Positions 1 through 10,607 of a stretch of DNA of 64,000 bases are shown in pieces. The notes below the pieces were generated by a model. That model had not been told where the DNA came from. It searched no databases and was given only the letters and a program-made list of their open reading frames with translations. Source of the DNA: Alphaproteobacteria bacterium (GTDB lineage: Bacteria; Pseudomonadota; Alphaproteobacteria; MPNO01; UBA830); assembly GCA_964291215.2 (NCBI GenBank), contig OZ219791.1:3104001-3168000 (forward strand). Reading direction: 5' to 3'. The first letter of the stretch is position 1. Every line of letters starts with the position of its first letter. The translations under genes and the position numbers were made by a program.

Positions 1-97
1 GGAGCGCCAGGCTGCCGAAGAAGGGCTGCTCCCGCAGCAGCGCCGTCACGCAGCGGCTCACCCGCTGCGCCGATTCCGGGCAAGGGCGGGCGGCCAT
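1..97 (-). CDS. N-terminus (partial, runs off window) of putative DUF2201/VWA-associated metallopeptidase
   Basis: ATG at 97-95 overlaps the upstream TGA. Reads MAARPCPESAQRVSRCVTALLREQPFFGSLAL, and this PFFGSLAL-type start is typical of peptidase/VWA genes following MoxR-like ATPases. Confidence 0.55.
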   Translation of the reverse strand, partial: MAARPCPESAQRVSRCVTALLREQPFFGSLAL

Positions 98-989
98 CAC
101 GCGGCCTCCCGCGCCGGGGAGACCGCCGCCGCGAAATATCCCGCGAACCTCTCCACCAGCGCATCCGCATCGCGCTTCACCCGCGCGCGGGCGACCGGAT
201 CGAAACTCTTCGACGGCCTGAGCGCGTCCGGCTCGACGCCGGCGATCTTCTCCTTTACCTGCCCGCAGAGCCGGGCGAGTTCGTCGTCGCCGAAGATATT
301 CAGCCGCGGCACGATGTCGACCAGGTCGCGGATGTTGCCGATCATCGAGTCCCGGAACACCAGCGGCTTGCCCTCGCCGTCCTCCCGCAGGCGTTCGGAG
401 ACCCGCTCCACGGCCTCGCCGAGGCGCCGGTAGAGGTCGCCCACCGCATCGTGCAGCCGCTCCTCCACCTGGCTCTCGATGTCGCGCTTCACCCGGTCGG
501 TGTCGTCGGAGGCGAGCTTCGCCATGAAGTGGTCGGCACCGGGACGATCCGCCAGCGCAGGCCGAACCTGTCCCGGAGCGCCTCCTTCGAGGGATAGTCC
601 CCGATGCGGAACAGCTTGCCGAGATCGAGCCGGGCCTTTTCGATATTGTCGTCATAGTCCTCGATGAAGCGGGCGCGCTCGCGCACCATGCGCTCGCGCA
701 AGCCGTCCATCAGCCCGGTGTAGCGCTCGTGGTTGGCGACGGGGAGCAGCCGGCTCCCCCGGTCGTCCCAGGGCAGGGTCTGGGCGTCGTGGGCCGCGCG
801 CGCCGCGCTGACGGTGGCATTGAGGGCGGCGAAGGCGGTTCGGGGCAGCAGGCACTTGTTGTAGCGCCCGGCGCTGACGCTCGCCTCGTAGTGGACGGCG
901 ACATGGGTGCTGGCCTGGCGGTCATGGAGCCGGCCCGACCAGGCAGCGATGCGCAGGCTGACCAGCATGGCGTCGTGGCTGAGATTCAT
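97..989 (-). pseudogene. DUF3150-like ICE/phage protein, frameshifted near 530
   Basis: SD-led MNLSHDAMLVSLRIAAWSGR...QTLPWDDRGSRLLP (frame of ORF 489..1265) continues in ORF 97..525 (...ERLREDGEGKPLVFRDS...LNIFGD). Confidence 0.6.
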
Positions 990-1011
990 GGGTGTTCTCC
1001 TGAAGGGGCGG

Positions 1012-2004
1012 TCATTGCGTGCGTGCGGCGGCCCAGCGGATGAAGGCGGGCGAGTGCTGGAGGGCGGCGGATGCAGGACCCGACCAGGAACTCGCCGACC
1101 TCGCGGCGCAGCCGTCCGGCATAGGTGACGATGGCGTCGAGCGTGATGTCGTCGGCCATGCGGTAGAGCGCGCCGCAGAGCGCGATCAACGCGCTCGCGT
1201 TGTCCGGCACGACCGCGTTCCCGGGATCGTCGAGCACGGCCCGGGGATGGGGCAGTTCGCGCCACACCTTCAGGAAGGCCGAGAACTCGACCGCCGCCGC
1301 CTCGCCCGCCGTGCCCCGGAACAGCGCCCGCTCGACCGAGGGGTCGGGACCGGCGCGCCGGTTGACGATGCCGGAGACCATCTCCCAGGTGCGGGGGCAG
1401 CAGAACGCCTTCTCCTGCGAATCGAAGCAGTGCAGCAGGTCGGGGCGCATCCGGATGTAGAACAGCACCTGGGGCGCGATGCCGTTGGCCGCCCCCCAGG
1501 CGAGCCAGTCTTCCGCGTCCACCCGGACCTCCAGATGGACGAAGCGCGAGGCGTCGGCATGCGGTGGACCACGCCGCGGTCGCTCTCGCGGTTGCCGCAG
1601 GCGATCAGCGAGGCGCCCTCGGGCAGTTCGTACTCGCCCACCTTGCGGTCGAGCACCAGCTGGTAGAGTGCCGCCTGCACCATCGGCACGGCGGACGGCA
1701 GTTCCTCCAGGTTGATGAGCCAGCGGCCGGGGTCGTCCGCCGGCGGCAGGAAGGCGGGCGGCGCCCAGCGGGTGCGCCTGTCCGCATCGCGCCACGGGAT
1801 GCCGCGCAGGTCCACCGGATCGAGCAGCAGCGCGCGTACGTCGACATAGCTGCGCGAGCCCTCGGCGGCGGCCTGCTGCGCGAGCGCGCTCTTGGCGCAG
1901 CCCGGCGCGCCCCACAGGATGCAGGGCTGGCGCGCCTCGACCAGCAGCGCCAGGGTCGGCGCAAGCTCGCGCAGCGTGTAGTCGGCGGAAACGGTGTCGG
2001 TCAT
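1012..2004 (-). pseudogene. MoxR-like AAA+ ATPase, frameshifted
   Basis: Walker A WGAPGCAKS, DPVDLRGIP, Walker B INLEEL and ACGNRESD. The frame switches near 1555 to ASRFVHLEV...CPRTWE. Confidence 0.8.
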
Positions 2005-2367
2005 CGGCAGCCTCCGGATTGGCGGAAATGCGGCGCGGGCTCCCTCCGGGCGCCCGGCCGTTCACCGAAACCTCCGCGGCCCTTTCCTCATCGTGCCGGG
2101 GGAGCTTGTGCCGGCGCGCCAGGCGGGGGGCCGGCGCAGGACGGGAATGTGCGGTCAGGCGCCGACCGGATCCGCCGGGGTCTTCGAGGTCGCCAGCCAG
2201 GGAAACGCCGGTCGGTTCCGGAAGCGCTTGCCGATGGCAGGATGTCCGGCTTTCGGGCGCGGCGTGTTGAAACCGGCCTGCGGACGGGTTATGGGTTGCA
2301 CCGGCGGGTTCGCTGCGGCCGTGCGGGCGCGGCGCATGCTTGGAATTCGGGACGGGAGGATGAGGTC

Positions 2368-2495
2368 ATGACGCGGATGCCGGGCGATATCGGGATGCAT
2401 GACCTGCGGCTCTCCGGGCGGAGCGCCTCACGCGCGCGCGAACTCGTTGTACCCCCCCCCCCCCCCCCCAAGAGTCAGGGCGCGGGGCTGAGCCG
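2368..2495 (+). other. Out-of-frame 5' leader of the autotransporter (SD + ATG2368)
   Basis: GGGAGGATGAGGTC precedes ATG2368. The frame reads MTRMPGD...RELVVPPPPPP and stops at 2529 unless the C tract changes by +1 or -2. Confidence 0.6.
2452..2469 (+). repeat. C18 homopolymer (candidate slipped-strand phase-variation tract)
   Basis: 18 consecutive C between GTA and AAG. Confidence 0.9.
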
Positions 2496-5400
2496 GTGGG
2501 TGCCCTCGGGAGAACCGCCCGCCGCCTGAAGGCGGGACTCGCTGCCCTCTTCCTCATCACGCTGGCCGCCGCCCTCGCGCCGCAGGACGCGCAGGCGCAA
2601 GTGACCGTTACCCTCACCGCCACGCCGGGGCCGGGGCAGGTGACACTCACATGGACCACTTCTTCGCCGACGCCAGCCGGATTCCTTGTTACAAGACTCT
2701 CTCATAGACCCGCCGGTGGATCCTACCAGAGTAAGACACTGACTAGCGCGAACTCCGGCAGCTACACGCTGACCGGGTTGACACCTGGCACGTCCTACGA
2801 CTTCTTTCTCAGCAATAACTGGTCCGGTCATGGCCAGGTGGATTCGAATACAGTTTCCGCGACCCCGACGGCGGTCACGACGCTCGCCGCCCCGACGGGT
2901 CTGACGGCGACGGGGGCCGGCACCACACAGGTGTTGCTGACGTGGACCAAGCCGGCCGGCACGATCACCGGCTACAAGCTGCGCTACGCCAAGACACCGG
3001 CAAAGGGCAGCGCCACCTGGGCCGCCATGGCGGGTTCGGGCGCGAACACCGTGAGGCACATGGTAACGGGGCTGGAAGACGACGCCGAATACAGTTTCAT
3101 GATCCGCGCCGTGAACGCCTCCGGCGACGGCGCCGCCACGGGCTGGGTGACGGCGACGCCTATGGACAGCTGCCCTTCCGTGCTCAGCCCGACGAACCTG
3201 AGCCTCGCGCCGCGTTCGGACGGGTTTGTCGTCACCTGGACGGCGCCGACCGATGTATTCCGCAACGGCTGGACGTTTTCTTACGGCAAGACCGGGGAAA
3301 GTTCGACTTCTGTCACCATCTCGAATGCCGCCGCGACCAGCCGCACGCTGACCGGCCTGGAGGCCGGCACCGAATACGAGATCAGTCTTACAGCGACCCA
3401 TTCTACTTATAATCCTTCTGCGGTCTGTCCTCCAGGCTTCCGTGTAAAAGCCACCGGCACGACCCTCGCGGCCGCTTCCACGAAGACGATCACCCTGTCG
3501 GCTACCTCGACCTCGATCACCGAGGGCAACACCGGTTCGACGGACGTGACGGTGACCGCCACGCTCGGCGAGGGAGCGCCGGCGGACTTTTCGATCACCC
3601 TTGGTTCTGACATCACCACCGGCACGGCCAAAGGCTCCAACAAGGGGAGCGACCAGTGCACCGCGCCCCTGAACCCGGCGGATACCGACTGGTGCTGGCC
3701 GAACAGTGACGCTTCGGTCTCCATCGCCGCAGGCGAGACCGAGGGCACGAGGACCCTTCGCATTCTCGGCGACACCCGGGACGAGCCGAACGAGACCATC
3801 AAGCTGCTTGGTTACAAGTCCGGCTGGACCGCCGGCAAACTCACTCTGACCATCACCGACGACGACGATCCCCCCACCGTTGCCGTTCCCGCGGCGCCGA
3901 CGGGGTTGTCGGCGGAGGCGGGCAACCGTCAGGTGAAGCTGACGTGGACCGACCCGGACGACGATTCGATCACGAGGTATCGGGTGCAGCAGAGGAAGGG
4001 CAGCGCCGCCTGGGGCAGCTGGACCGCGATTTCCGGTTCGGACGCGGACACCACGACCCACACGGTGACGGGTCTGGACAACGACAGCGAGTACCGCTTC
4101 CGCATCCGGGCGCGGAACAGCGGCGGCAACGGCGCCGCGTCGGCGGTGGTGGAGGCGACGCCGTCGGCGTCGGCAGCGGTTCCCAAGCCGGTGCTGAGCG
4201 CCGAACCGGGTTACGCCAGGGTCACCCTGAGCTGGAGCGCCTTGTCGGGTGTGACGGTTGCGAGCTGGGGCTATCAGTACAAGCCCGCGGGCGGCAGCTG
4301 GATCAGGACCCGGACGGTCACCGGCGGCAGCACGACGAGCACCACGGTGACGGGGCTGACGATCGGCACGGAATACACGTTCCGGCTGTTCGCCGCGGTC
4401 GGTCCCGGTGTGCAGTCGGTGTGGTCGGACCAGGTGAAGGCGACGCCGACGAATACGGTTCCCAAGCCGGTTCTGACGGCGGCCGGAGGCGATGCCTCGG
4501 TCACCCTGAGCTGGAGCGCCTTGACGGGCATTCCGATAACGAGCTGGGGCTACCAGTACAAGAGCACGGGCGGCTGGAACACGACCACGACGGTCACGGG
4601 CAGAAGCAGGACGAGCGTCCGGGTGACGGGGCTGACGAAGGGCACGGACTACACGTTCCGCCTGTTTGCGGCGGTCCGTCCCGGGGTGCAGTCGGTGTGG
4701 TCGGACGAGGTGACGGCGAAGACCGATCCGGCGGCCCCGGTTCTGACGGCGGCGACCTCGACGACGAACGGGCAGATCGACCTGACCTGGACCCATGCCG
4801 GCGGCTCGAACGAGTTGTCGGATGCGGACGACTATGTGAAGGACGCGGCCAAGTTCCATTGGTGGAGAGCGCAGACCCGGCTGAAGGGGGCCAGCACCTG
4901 GACGGATCGCAGTCTCAACCAGGCGAGTGCCAGACAGAACCCGGGCTCTCGCAACAATCGGCTTCTGCTGGACTATCCCGACGGGGCATCGGTCGAGGTC
5001 CGGGTTCGGGCAACGGGCTATCGCATGGCGGGTGTCGCCGGGGGAACGGGCAACCTTCAGGGTCCCTGGTCGAACATTCGTACGGTGACCTTCAAGGACG
5101 ACACCACGGCGGCGCTCACGCTGACCGGGACGCCGGTGACGGTGGCGCCCGGTTCCACGGCGACCTACACGGTGGCGCTGACGAAGGCGTATGCGGGGAC
5201 GCTGCGGGTGACGAGCGATGCCACGGCGGCGGCGCGGGTGAGTCCGGCGAGCCTGACATTTACCACCAGCAACTACAACACGGCGCGGACGGTGACGGTG
5301 ACCGGTGTGGCGAACGGCACGGCGGTGATCAACCACGCTTTCCGGCTGACGGGGGCTTCTGCGGATGCGGTCCCGGATGCGGGCACGGTGGACGTGACGG

Positions 5401-8078
5401 TGGCCGATACGCCGGGGGTGACGGTGTCGACGGCGGCGCTGACGGTGGCGGAAGGGGGCAGCAGGACGTACACGATGCGGCTGAACACGCCGCCATCATC
5501 GGATGTGACGATAACGGTGGCAGGCGCGTCGGGGGACGTGACGGTGGAACCGGCCAGCCTGACCTTCACCCGGACCGACTGGAACCAGCCGCAGACGGTG
5601 ACGGTGAACGCAGGCACGGACACGGACACGAACACGGACCCCGCCGTGACGCTGACCCACGGCGCGTCTGGCGGCGGCTACGGCTCGGTGAGCATCGCCG
5701 ATGTGGTGGTGAGCGTGGCGGAGAAGGATGCGGCGCCGTTGAAGCCGGCCGGCCTTGCCGGCGCGGCGGGCAGCGGCTCGGTGACGCTGAGCTGGACCGA
5801 CCCGGACAACCCGACCATCACGAAGTGGCAGGTGCGGCGGAAGGCCGGCAGCGGCGAGTGGGGCGAGTGGGAGGACATTCCCGGCTCCGGTGCGGGCACC
5901 ACCAGCCACGAGGTGAGCGGTCTGACCAACGGCACCGCCTACCAGTTCGAGGTGCGCGCGGTGAACGGGGCCGGCAACGGGGCGGGTCCGGATGCGCCGG
6001 TGACGGCGACGCCGGTGGCGCCGGCGGCGCCGCCGTCCGGCGGAGGCGGCGGCGGCGGCGGCGGTACGACCCCCGCCGGAAGCGTGACGGTGACGCCGAC
6101 CGCGCTGACGGTGGCGGAGGGCAGCAGTGCGGCCTACACGGTGGTGCTGGACGCGGAACCCTCGGGCGATGTCACGGTGACGGTGGGCGGCGCGTCGGGC
6201 GACGTGACGGTGGAACCGGCCAGCCTGACCTTCACGACAACCAACTGGGACACGGCGCAGACGGTGACGGTGCGCGCGGCCCGTGACGAGGACACGACCG
6301 ACGACACGGCGACGCTGACCCACGGCGCCTCGGGCGGCGGCTACGGTTCGGTGACCATCGATTCGGTGGCGGTGACGGTGACCGACACGACGCTGTTGCC
6401 GGTGCTGACGCTGGCGCAGGATCCTGCGGCGGTGACCGAGGGCGACGACATCCGCCTCGCGGTGACCGCCGACCGGGCGCTGACGGGCAGCCTGACGGTC
6501 AGCCTGACGCTGTCGGCGCGCAACGCAAGCGGCTTCGATGCCGGTGACGTTCCGGGCGGTCTGGGGCCGCGTTCGTTCGATGCGGTGTTCGGCGCCGCGG
6601 CGCGCACCACGGGGGTGGTGACGATCCCGACCGCGGCCGATGCGGATACGGAGGGGACGGAAGCCTACCGCATCACGCTGAACGACGGTGCGGACTACGC
6701 GGTGGGGAGCGACGCGACGGCTGCGGGCGTGCTGCGCGACCGGGGTTCCGCGGCGCGGGCGAACCGGGTGAATGCGGCGGTGCTGCCGCATGTGGCGGCG
6801 GCGGCGATGTCGCAGACCCTGGGGGCGGTGACGGGTCGCATCGAGGCGGCCGGCAGGCCGGGCAGCTCGCTGCGGTTCGGCGCCCTGCCGCCGGTGGAGG
6901 ACGAGTGGGCGTCGCCGCGCCCGGAGGAGCCGACGCTGAGCGAGATGCTGGACGGGGCGTCCTTCACGCTGGCGGCGGGCGCCGGGGAGGACGGGGCATC
7001 CGCGCCGCCGTTGGCGGTGTGGGGCCGGGGCGAGTGGCTGTCGCTGTCGGGTTCGGAGAAGGATGTCACCTGGGACGGCGGCCTGTGGTCGGCGCAGCTG
7101 GGGGCGGACCTGCGGGTGCGCCCGGACCTGCTGGCCGGGGCGGCGCTCTCCCATGCGCGGGGCGAGCTGGACACGCAGACGGGCGGGGTGAAGGGCGTGC
7201 ACGAGACCACGATCACGTCGGTGCACCCCTATGCGGCGTGGCTGGCGCCGGACGGCTCGACCCTGTGGGCGAGCCTCGGCTACGGGACCGGCGAGGTGCG
7301 GATTACCGAGGAAGGCGCGGCGGCGCGCAGCGCCGGGCTGACGCATTGGAGCGTGTCTGCGGGCGGGCGCAGCGTCCTGGCCGAGGATGCAGAGCTGATC
7401 GAGGGCGGGATGACGCGCCTTGCGGTGAAGGGCGAGGGTTCGGCGGCGCGTCTGCGCACGGAGGCCGATGACGGTCTGGAGGGGCTGACGGCGAAGACGA
7501 CGCGGCTGCTGCTGGAGGGGTCGTACGAGCACGCGCTGGCGGGCGGTGCGACGCTGACGCCGGCGCTGGAGGCGGGGGTGCGCCATGACGGCGGCGTTGG
7601 CGAAGGGGCGGGCCTCGAGGCCGGGGCGGGCGTGACCTGGCGGGACCCGGCGGCGGGTCTGACGGCGGAGCTGCGCGCGCGGCTCCTGGCGGCGCACGAG
7701 GCGGAGCGCGACGAGTGGGGGGTGAGCGCGCTTGTGCGCCTCGACCCCGGGGCCGACGGGCGCGGGACGTTCCTCGCCTTCGGTCCCGCGCACGGGCGCA
7801 CGGAGAGCGGCCTCGGGCAGCTGTTCGACCTGCCCGCGGCTGCATCCGGCGCGGCAGAGAGCCGTCTGGAGGCGGAGGTGGGCCACGGCTTCGGCCTGCC
7901 CGGTCCGGGGCCGTTGGCGGTGCTCACCCCCTGGGCCGGCTTGAGCCTGGCGGGCGCACGCACCCTGCGGCTCGGTGCGCGCTACCGCCTCGGCGCGGGG
8001 CTGTCTCTCGGCCTCGAGGGCGCGCACCGGCCGGGCCCCGAAGACAGCCTCATGCTGCGCGGCGCGCTCCGCTGGTAG
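2496..8078 (+). CDS. Large adhesin-like autotransporter: signal peptide, multiple fibronectin type III and Calx-beta-like repeats, Gly linker, C-terminal beta-barrel
   Basis: Signal ...LAALFLITLAAALAPQDAQA. Repeated VTLSW...VTGL...Y.F.(I/V)RA.N FN3 motifs, LTITDDD Calx-beta ends, barrel LAVWGRG...PYAAW...LTPALEAGVRHDGG, and terminal aromatic W. Confidence 0.9.
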   Translation: MGALGRTARRLKAGLAALFLITLAAALAPQDAQAQVTVTLTATPGPGQVTLTWTTSSPTPAGFLVTRLSHRPAGGSYQSKTLTSANSGSYTLTGLTPGTSYDFFLSNNWSGHGQVDSNTVSATPTAVTTLAAPTGLTATGAGTTQVLLTWTKPAGTITGYKLRYAKTPAKGSATWAAMAGSGANTVRHMVTGLEDDAEYSFMIRAVNASGDGAATGWVTATPMDSCPSVLSPTNLSLAPRSDGFVVTWTAPTDVFRNGWTFSYGKTGESSTSVTISNAAATSRTLTGLEAGTEYEISLTATHSTYNPSAVCPPGFRVKATGTTLAAASTKTITLSATSTSITEGNTGSTDVTVTATLGEGAPADFSITLGSDITTGTAKGSNKGSDQCTAPLNPADTDWCWPNSDASVSIAAGETEGTRTLRILGDTRDEPNETIKLLGYKSGWTAGKLTLTITDDDDPPTVAVPAAPTGLSAEAGNRQVKLTWTDPDDDSITRYRVQQRKGSAAWGSWTAISGSDADTTTHTVTGLDNDSEYRFRIRARNSGGNGAASAVVEATPSASAAVPKPVLSAEPGYARVTLSWSALSGVTVASWGYQYKPAGGSWIRTRTVTGGSTTSTTVTGLTIGTEYTFRLFAAVGPGVQSVWSDQVKATPTNTVPKPVLTAAGGDASVTLSWSALTGIPITSWGYQYKSTGGWNTTTTVTGRSRTSVRVTGLTKGTDYTFRLFAAVRPGVQSVWSDEVTAKTDPAAPVLTAATSTTNGQIDLTWTHAGGSNELSDADDYVKDAAKFHWWRAQTRLKGASTWTDRSLNQASARQNPGSRNNRLLLDYPDGASVEVRVRATGYRMAGVAGGTGNLQGPWSNIRTVTFKDDTTAALTLTGTPVTVAPGSTATYTVALTKAYAGTLRVTSDATAAARVSPASLTFTTSNYNTARTVTVTGVANGTAVINHAFRLTGASADAVPDAGTVDVTVADTPGVTVSTAALTVAEGGSRTYTMRLNTPPSSDVTITVAGASGDVTVEPASLTFTRTDWNQPQTVTVNAGTDTDTNTDPAVTLTHGASGGGYGSVSIADVVVSVAEKDAAPLKPAGLAGAAGSGSVTLSWTDPDNPTITKWQVRRKAGSGEWGEWEDIPGSGAGTTSHEVSGLTNGTAYQFEVRAVNGAGNGAGPDAPVTATPVAPAAPPSGGGGGGGGGTTPAGSVTVTPTALTVAEGSSAAYTVVLDAEPSGDVTVTVGGASGDVTVEPASLTFTTTNWDTAQTVTVRAARDEDTTDDTATLTHGASGGGYGSVTIDSVAVTVTDTTLLPVLTLAQDPAAVTEGDDIRLAVTADRALTGSLTVSLTLSARNASGFDAGDVPGGLGPRSFDAVFGAAARTTGVVTIPTAADADTEGTEAYRITLNDGADYAVGSDATAAGVLRDRGSAARANRVNAAVLPHVAAAAMSQTLGAVTGRIEAAGRPGSSLRFGALPPVEDEWASPRPEEPTLSEMLDGASFTLAAGAGEDGASAPPLAVWGRGEWLSLSGSEKDVTWDGGLWSAQLGADLRVRPDLLAGAALSHARGELDTQTGGVKGVHETTITSVHPYAAWLAPDGSTLWASLGYGTGEVRITEEGAAARSAGLTHWSVSAGGRSVLAEDAELIEGGMTRLAVKGEGSAARLRTEADDGLEGLTAKTTRLLLEGSYEHALAGGATLTPALEAGVRHDGGVGEGAGLEAGAGVTWRDPAAGLTAELRARLLAAHEAERDEWGVSALVRLDPGADGRGTFLAFGPAHGRTESGLGQLFDLPAAASGAAESRLEAEVGHGFGLPGPGPLAVLTPWAGLSLAGARTLRLGARYRLGAGLSLGLEGAHRPGPEDSLMLRGALRW
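4179..4722 (+). repeat. Tandem duplication of an FN3 module within the autotransporter
   Basis: Two ~280-bp units begin GTTCCCAAGCCGGT and encode VPKPVL...VTLSWSAL.G...SWGYQYK...YTFRLFAAV.PGVQSVWSD. Confidence 0.85.
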
Positions 8079-8334
8079 GAAAACACCCGGCGTGTCCTGC
8101 CGATGGCGCAGGACAGGGGCCGCCGCCCCGGCCGTGACAGGGAGGCCGCGCCGCTCTCGGGAAGGCCCGCGCCGTGTGTTGACCATGACTCTTCTTTTGT
8201 CCGGTTTCGTCCGACGAGGGGGCGTTGTAGGCAGATCTGGAGGTCCATTCGGGAGCGGATTTCGTTGTCGATATGCCGGTTCCGACCTTGAGACGGTGCC
8301 ACCAACTTCAAGAACGGCCACTCTGACACCAAGG

Positions 8335-8554
8335 TGATCCCATGCTTGTTGATGTGATGTGATCGGAGTCCTGATCGCGGCGCGGGTCGACGCGTTCGAG
8401 GCTGCGATTTTGAGATTTGCTGACGCGCTGTTGCGGCGCGGGGCGCGATTGGTCGGCATATCCGGGGCGAGCGAGAGGCCTGCCGGGTTTAGTTGCCGGG
8501 CTCGAAAGCTTGCGGTTTCTGTCGGGGAGAGAGGCGCGGTCAGCCGGGTCTCGT
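8335..8554. repeat. Long inverted repeat, left copy
   Basis: Reverse complement of 10219-10457 with scattered substitutions and short deletions. Confidence 0.9.
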
Positions 8555-10218
8555 GATTGCGTGCAGGACCTGCTTGCGCTTGTCAGCATAGTGGCGTCGA
8601 CGAAGCTGTTGAAGGGTTTGGGCAGCTTGCGTTTGTTGCGGATGATGATTGCGAGGGTGATCGCGTTGTTTGCGGGCGCGTTCGGAGCATGGAGTCGTCT
8701 TCGCGGAAGGTGGCGTCGCGGACATGATGATGGCTCTCGACTACCCAGTGTCCGCGATTCCATGCGAGCAGCTGTTGCGGCGAGGCGCGCTTGACCGAAG
8801 TCATGGCGTATTCGGTTGTCCGTTTTCCGGATTTCTTGAATTCGACGCGCCGGGTGACGCGGAAGATCTGCTTGACTAGTTGATCATCTTCGCCAGCGGG
8901 GTGAAGATGGTGCGCTGGCGGCCATGCGCGGGCTTTTCGTTGTAGCGCTGGCGGTCTTCCAGTTGATGCTCTCTCGAAGGTGCGTTGCCCTTGACCATCA
9001 GTCCGCGCGATGGGTCTCGATGATCAGCCTCGCGGGTGGTGTGGAGCGCGTCGAGGGTGAGCAGACGGCCGGCGCCGTCGCGGCGTGGACGGCACGATCT
9101 CCCCGTCGTGATAGTTGAGGATCGAATACCGGCCAGCGAGACCGTCTCGTAATGATCCTCGCCGGTGCGCTTGCCGTCGACCGCGTTGCCGACCTGCGGC
9201 TGCGCGCCGCATCCTCGATCCATCCCGGGTCGGTGTTCTGCAGCACCCGGTGCACGGTGGAGACCGGCTTGTCCCTGTTCTTCCATGCTGCTCCAGCTCC
9301 TTCTGCGTCGTAGTGCGCCGCCGCAACCGTGCCGGTTCGCAAGCCAGCAAAATCACGCACAGCACCGAGGCGATGCCCCTGCGCGCGCCGGAAAGCGCCG
9401 CTGATAAATCGAGCGCAATTCCTGCGCCGACCAGCGGCGCCCGCAACTCCCACGCCACAGGAAGCGGCGAACGATCCCGCAGCCGGCATCGCGACGCAGC
9501 GGAAACACGTAAAGATCCTTCGCCTCCCCGGTCGGTATAGCGCCCGCTGGCGCGCGCATAGCTCCTGCCAACGCACTCCCAGTTCGCCGCCTTGTACATG
9601 GTGCCGCTGAACTTCGTCGGCAAGACAAACGACTCCGCAACAAGCAACGGCAGCCTCCCAGTCGCCGCCGCACCATCCGCGACAACGCAAACGAGGCCCG
9701 GAAACGACCACCAAGAACAACAAACCTCGTGTTGTTCCCGGCAACCGCCTGAACTGTTCCTCGCGGCGCCAGCCAACGGGTGCGCAGCTGAGGGCGCCCG
9801 TCTGCCAGCCTGCAGTGCCAATCCACCGCCCGCGCCAAGTGAACACGTAGCGCAGACCTCGACCGGCAAACTGCTTGAAACCAAGATACGGTCAACAACA
9901 CGGTTCCAGCGACATCAGGCCGCGCAAGGCGCACAACCACATCCCGGAGCGCAAAACCCTCCGGAGTCGTCTCAAAAAAATCCGCTGCCCCCACGACAAC
10001 GGATACTACGCCGCTTCACAAAAAGCCAGCGAAAATGCGAATCATCCTGAACAAGCAAAACCGACCCTTCCAACAAACCTAGCGTGGGATCGCCGTGCCC
10101 ACAACCCGTCCACGCGCCGGCAATGCCGCCGGCGACGACCGCGGACGGCCCCGAAGCCAGAAAACCCGGCACGCTGTGAAACCTCCGGACAGCAGAAGAC
10201 AGCAAAATTGAATGCAGC

Positions 10219-10457
10219 ATGAGAAACGCCTGGACCGCACCTTTCTCCCCAACAGAAACCGCAACCATCCGAGCTCGGCAACCAAACCCGGCAGGCCTCT
10301 CGCTCGCACCGGATACGCCGAAGTCGATCAATCGTGCCCCGCTCGACGCCGCAACAGGGCATCAGACGTCAGCAAATCTCAAAATTGCAGCCTCGAACGC
10401 GTCGACCCGCGCCGCGATCAGAACTCCGATCACATCACATCAACAAGCATGGGATCA
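10219..10457. repeat. Long inverted repeat, right copy
   Basis: Reverse complement of 8335-8554. Confidence 0.9.
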
Positions 10458-10607
10458 TCGTAAAGCTGAAAGCCCGGCCATGGACTTCATCGCTCTGATC
10501 GGTAACAATGGCGATCGTCGGGCTCCGTGACCGTCCCCCGCACATTCAGGATGTGTCCGGGAGCACTGCCCAAGCTGGCGCCTGCCCACACGGAACTGGA
10601 GAAAATC

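Larger units (their letters stand above)
8335..10457 (-). mobile_element. Decayed ISAs1-family element with DUF4338-like ORF and ~220-bp terminal inverted repeats
   Basis: ISAs1 motifs LLTLDALHT, VKGNAP and WNRGHWVVESHHHVRDATFRED. DUF4338-like VAGNNTRFVVL and GTMYKAANW. Ends TGATCCCATGCTTGTTGATGTG / CACATCAACAAGCATGGGATCA. Confidence 0.75.

Noticed and set aside
6040-6065. GGC repeat as a phase-variation tract
   Set aside because: It is a triplet repeat encoding a Gly linker, so slippage would keep the frame.
2475-8459. Very long antisense or alternate-frame ORFs (953, 780 and 987 aa) over the autotransporter
   Set aside because: Arg/Gly-rich shadow ORFs from high-GC codon bias with no motifs. 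The same applies to 17581..20181 and 42810..44936.
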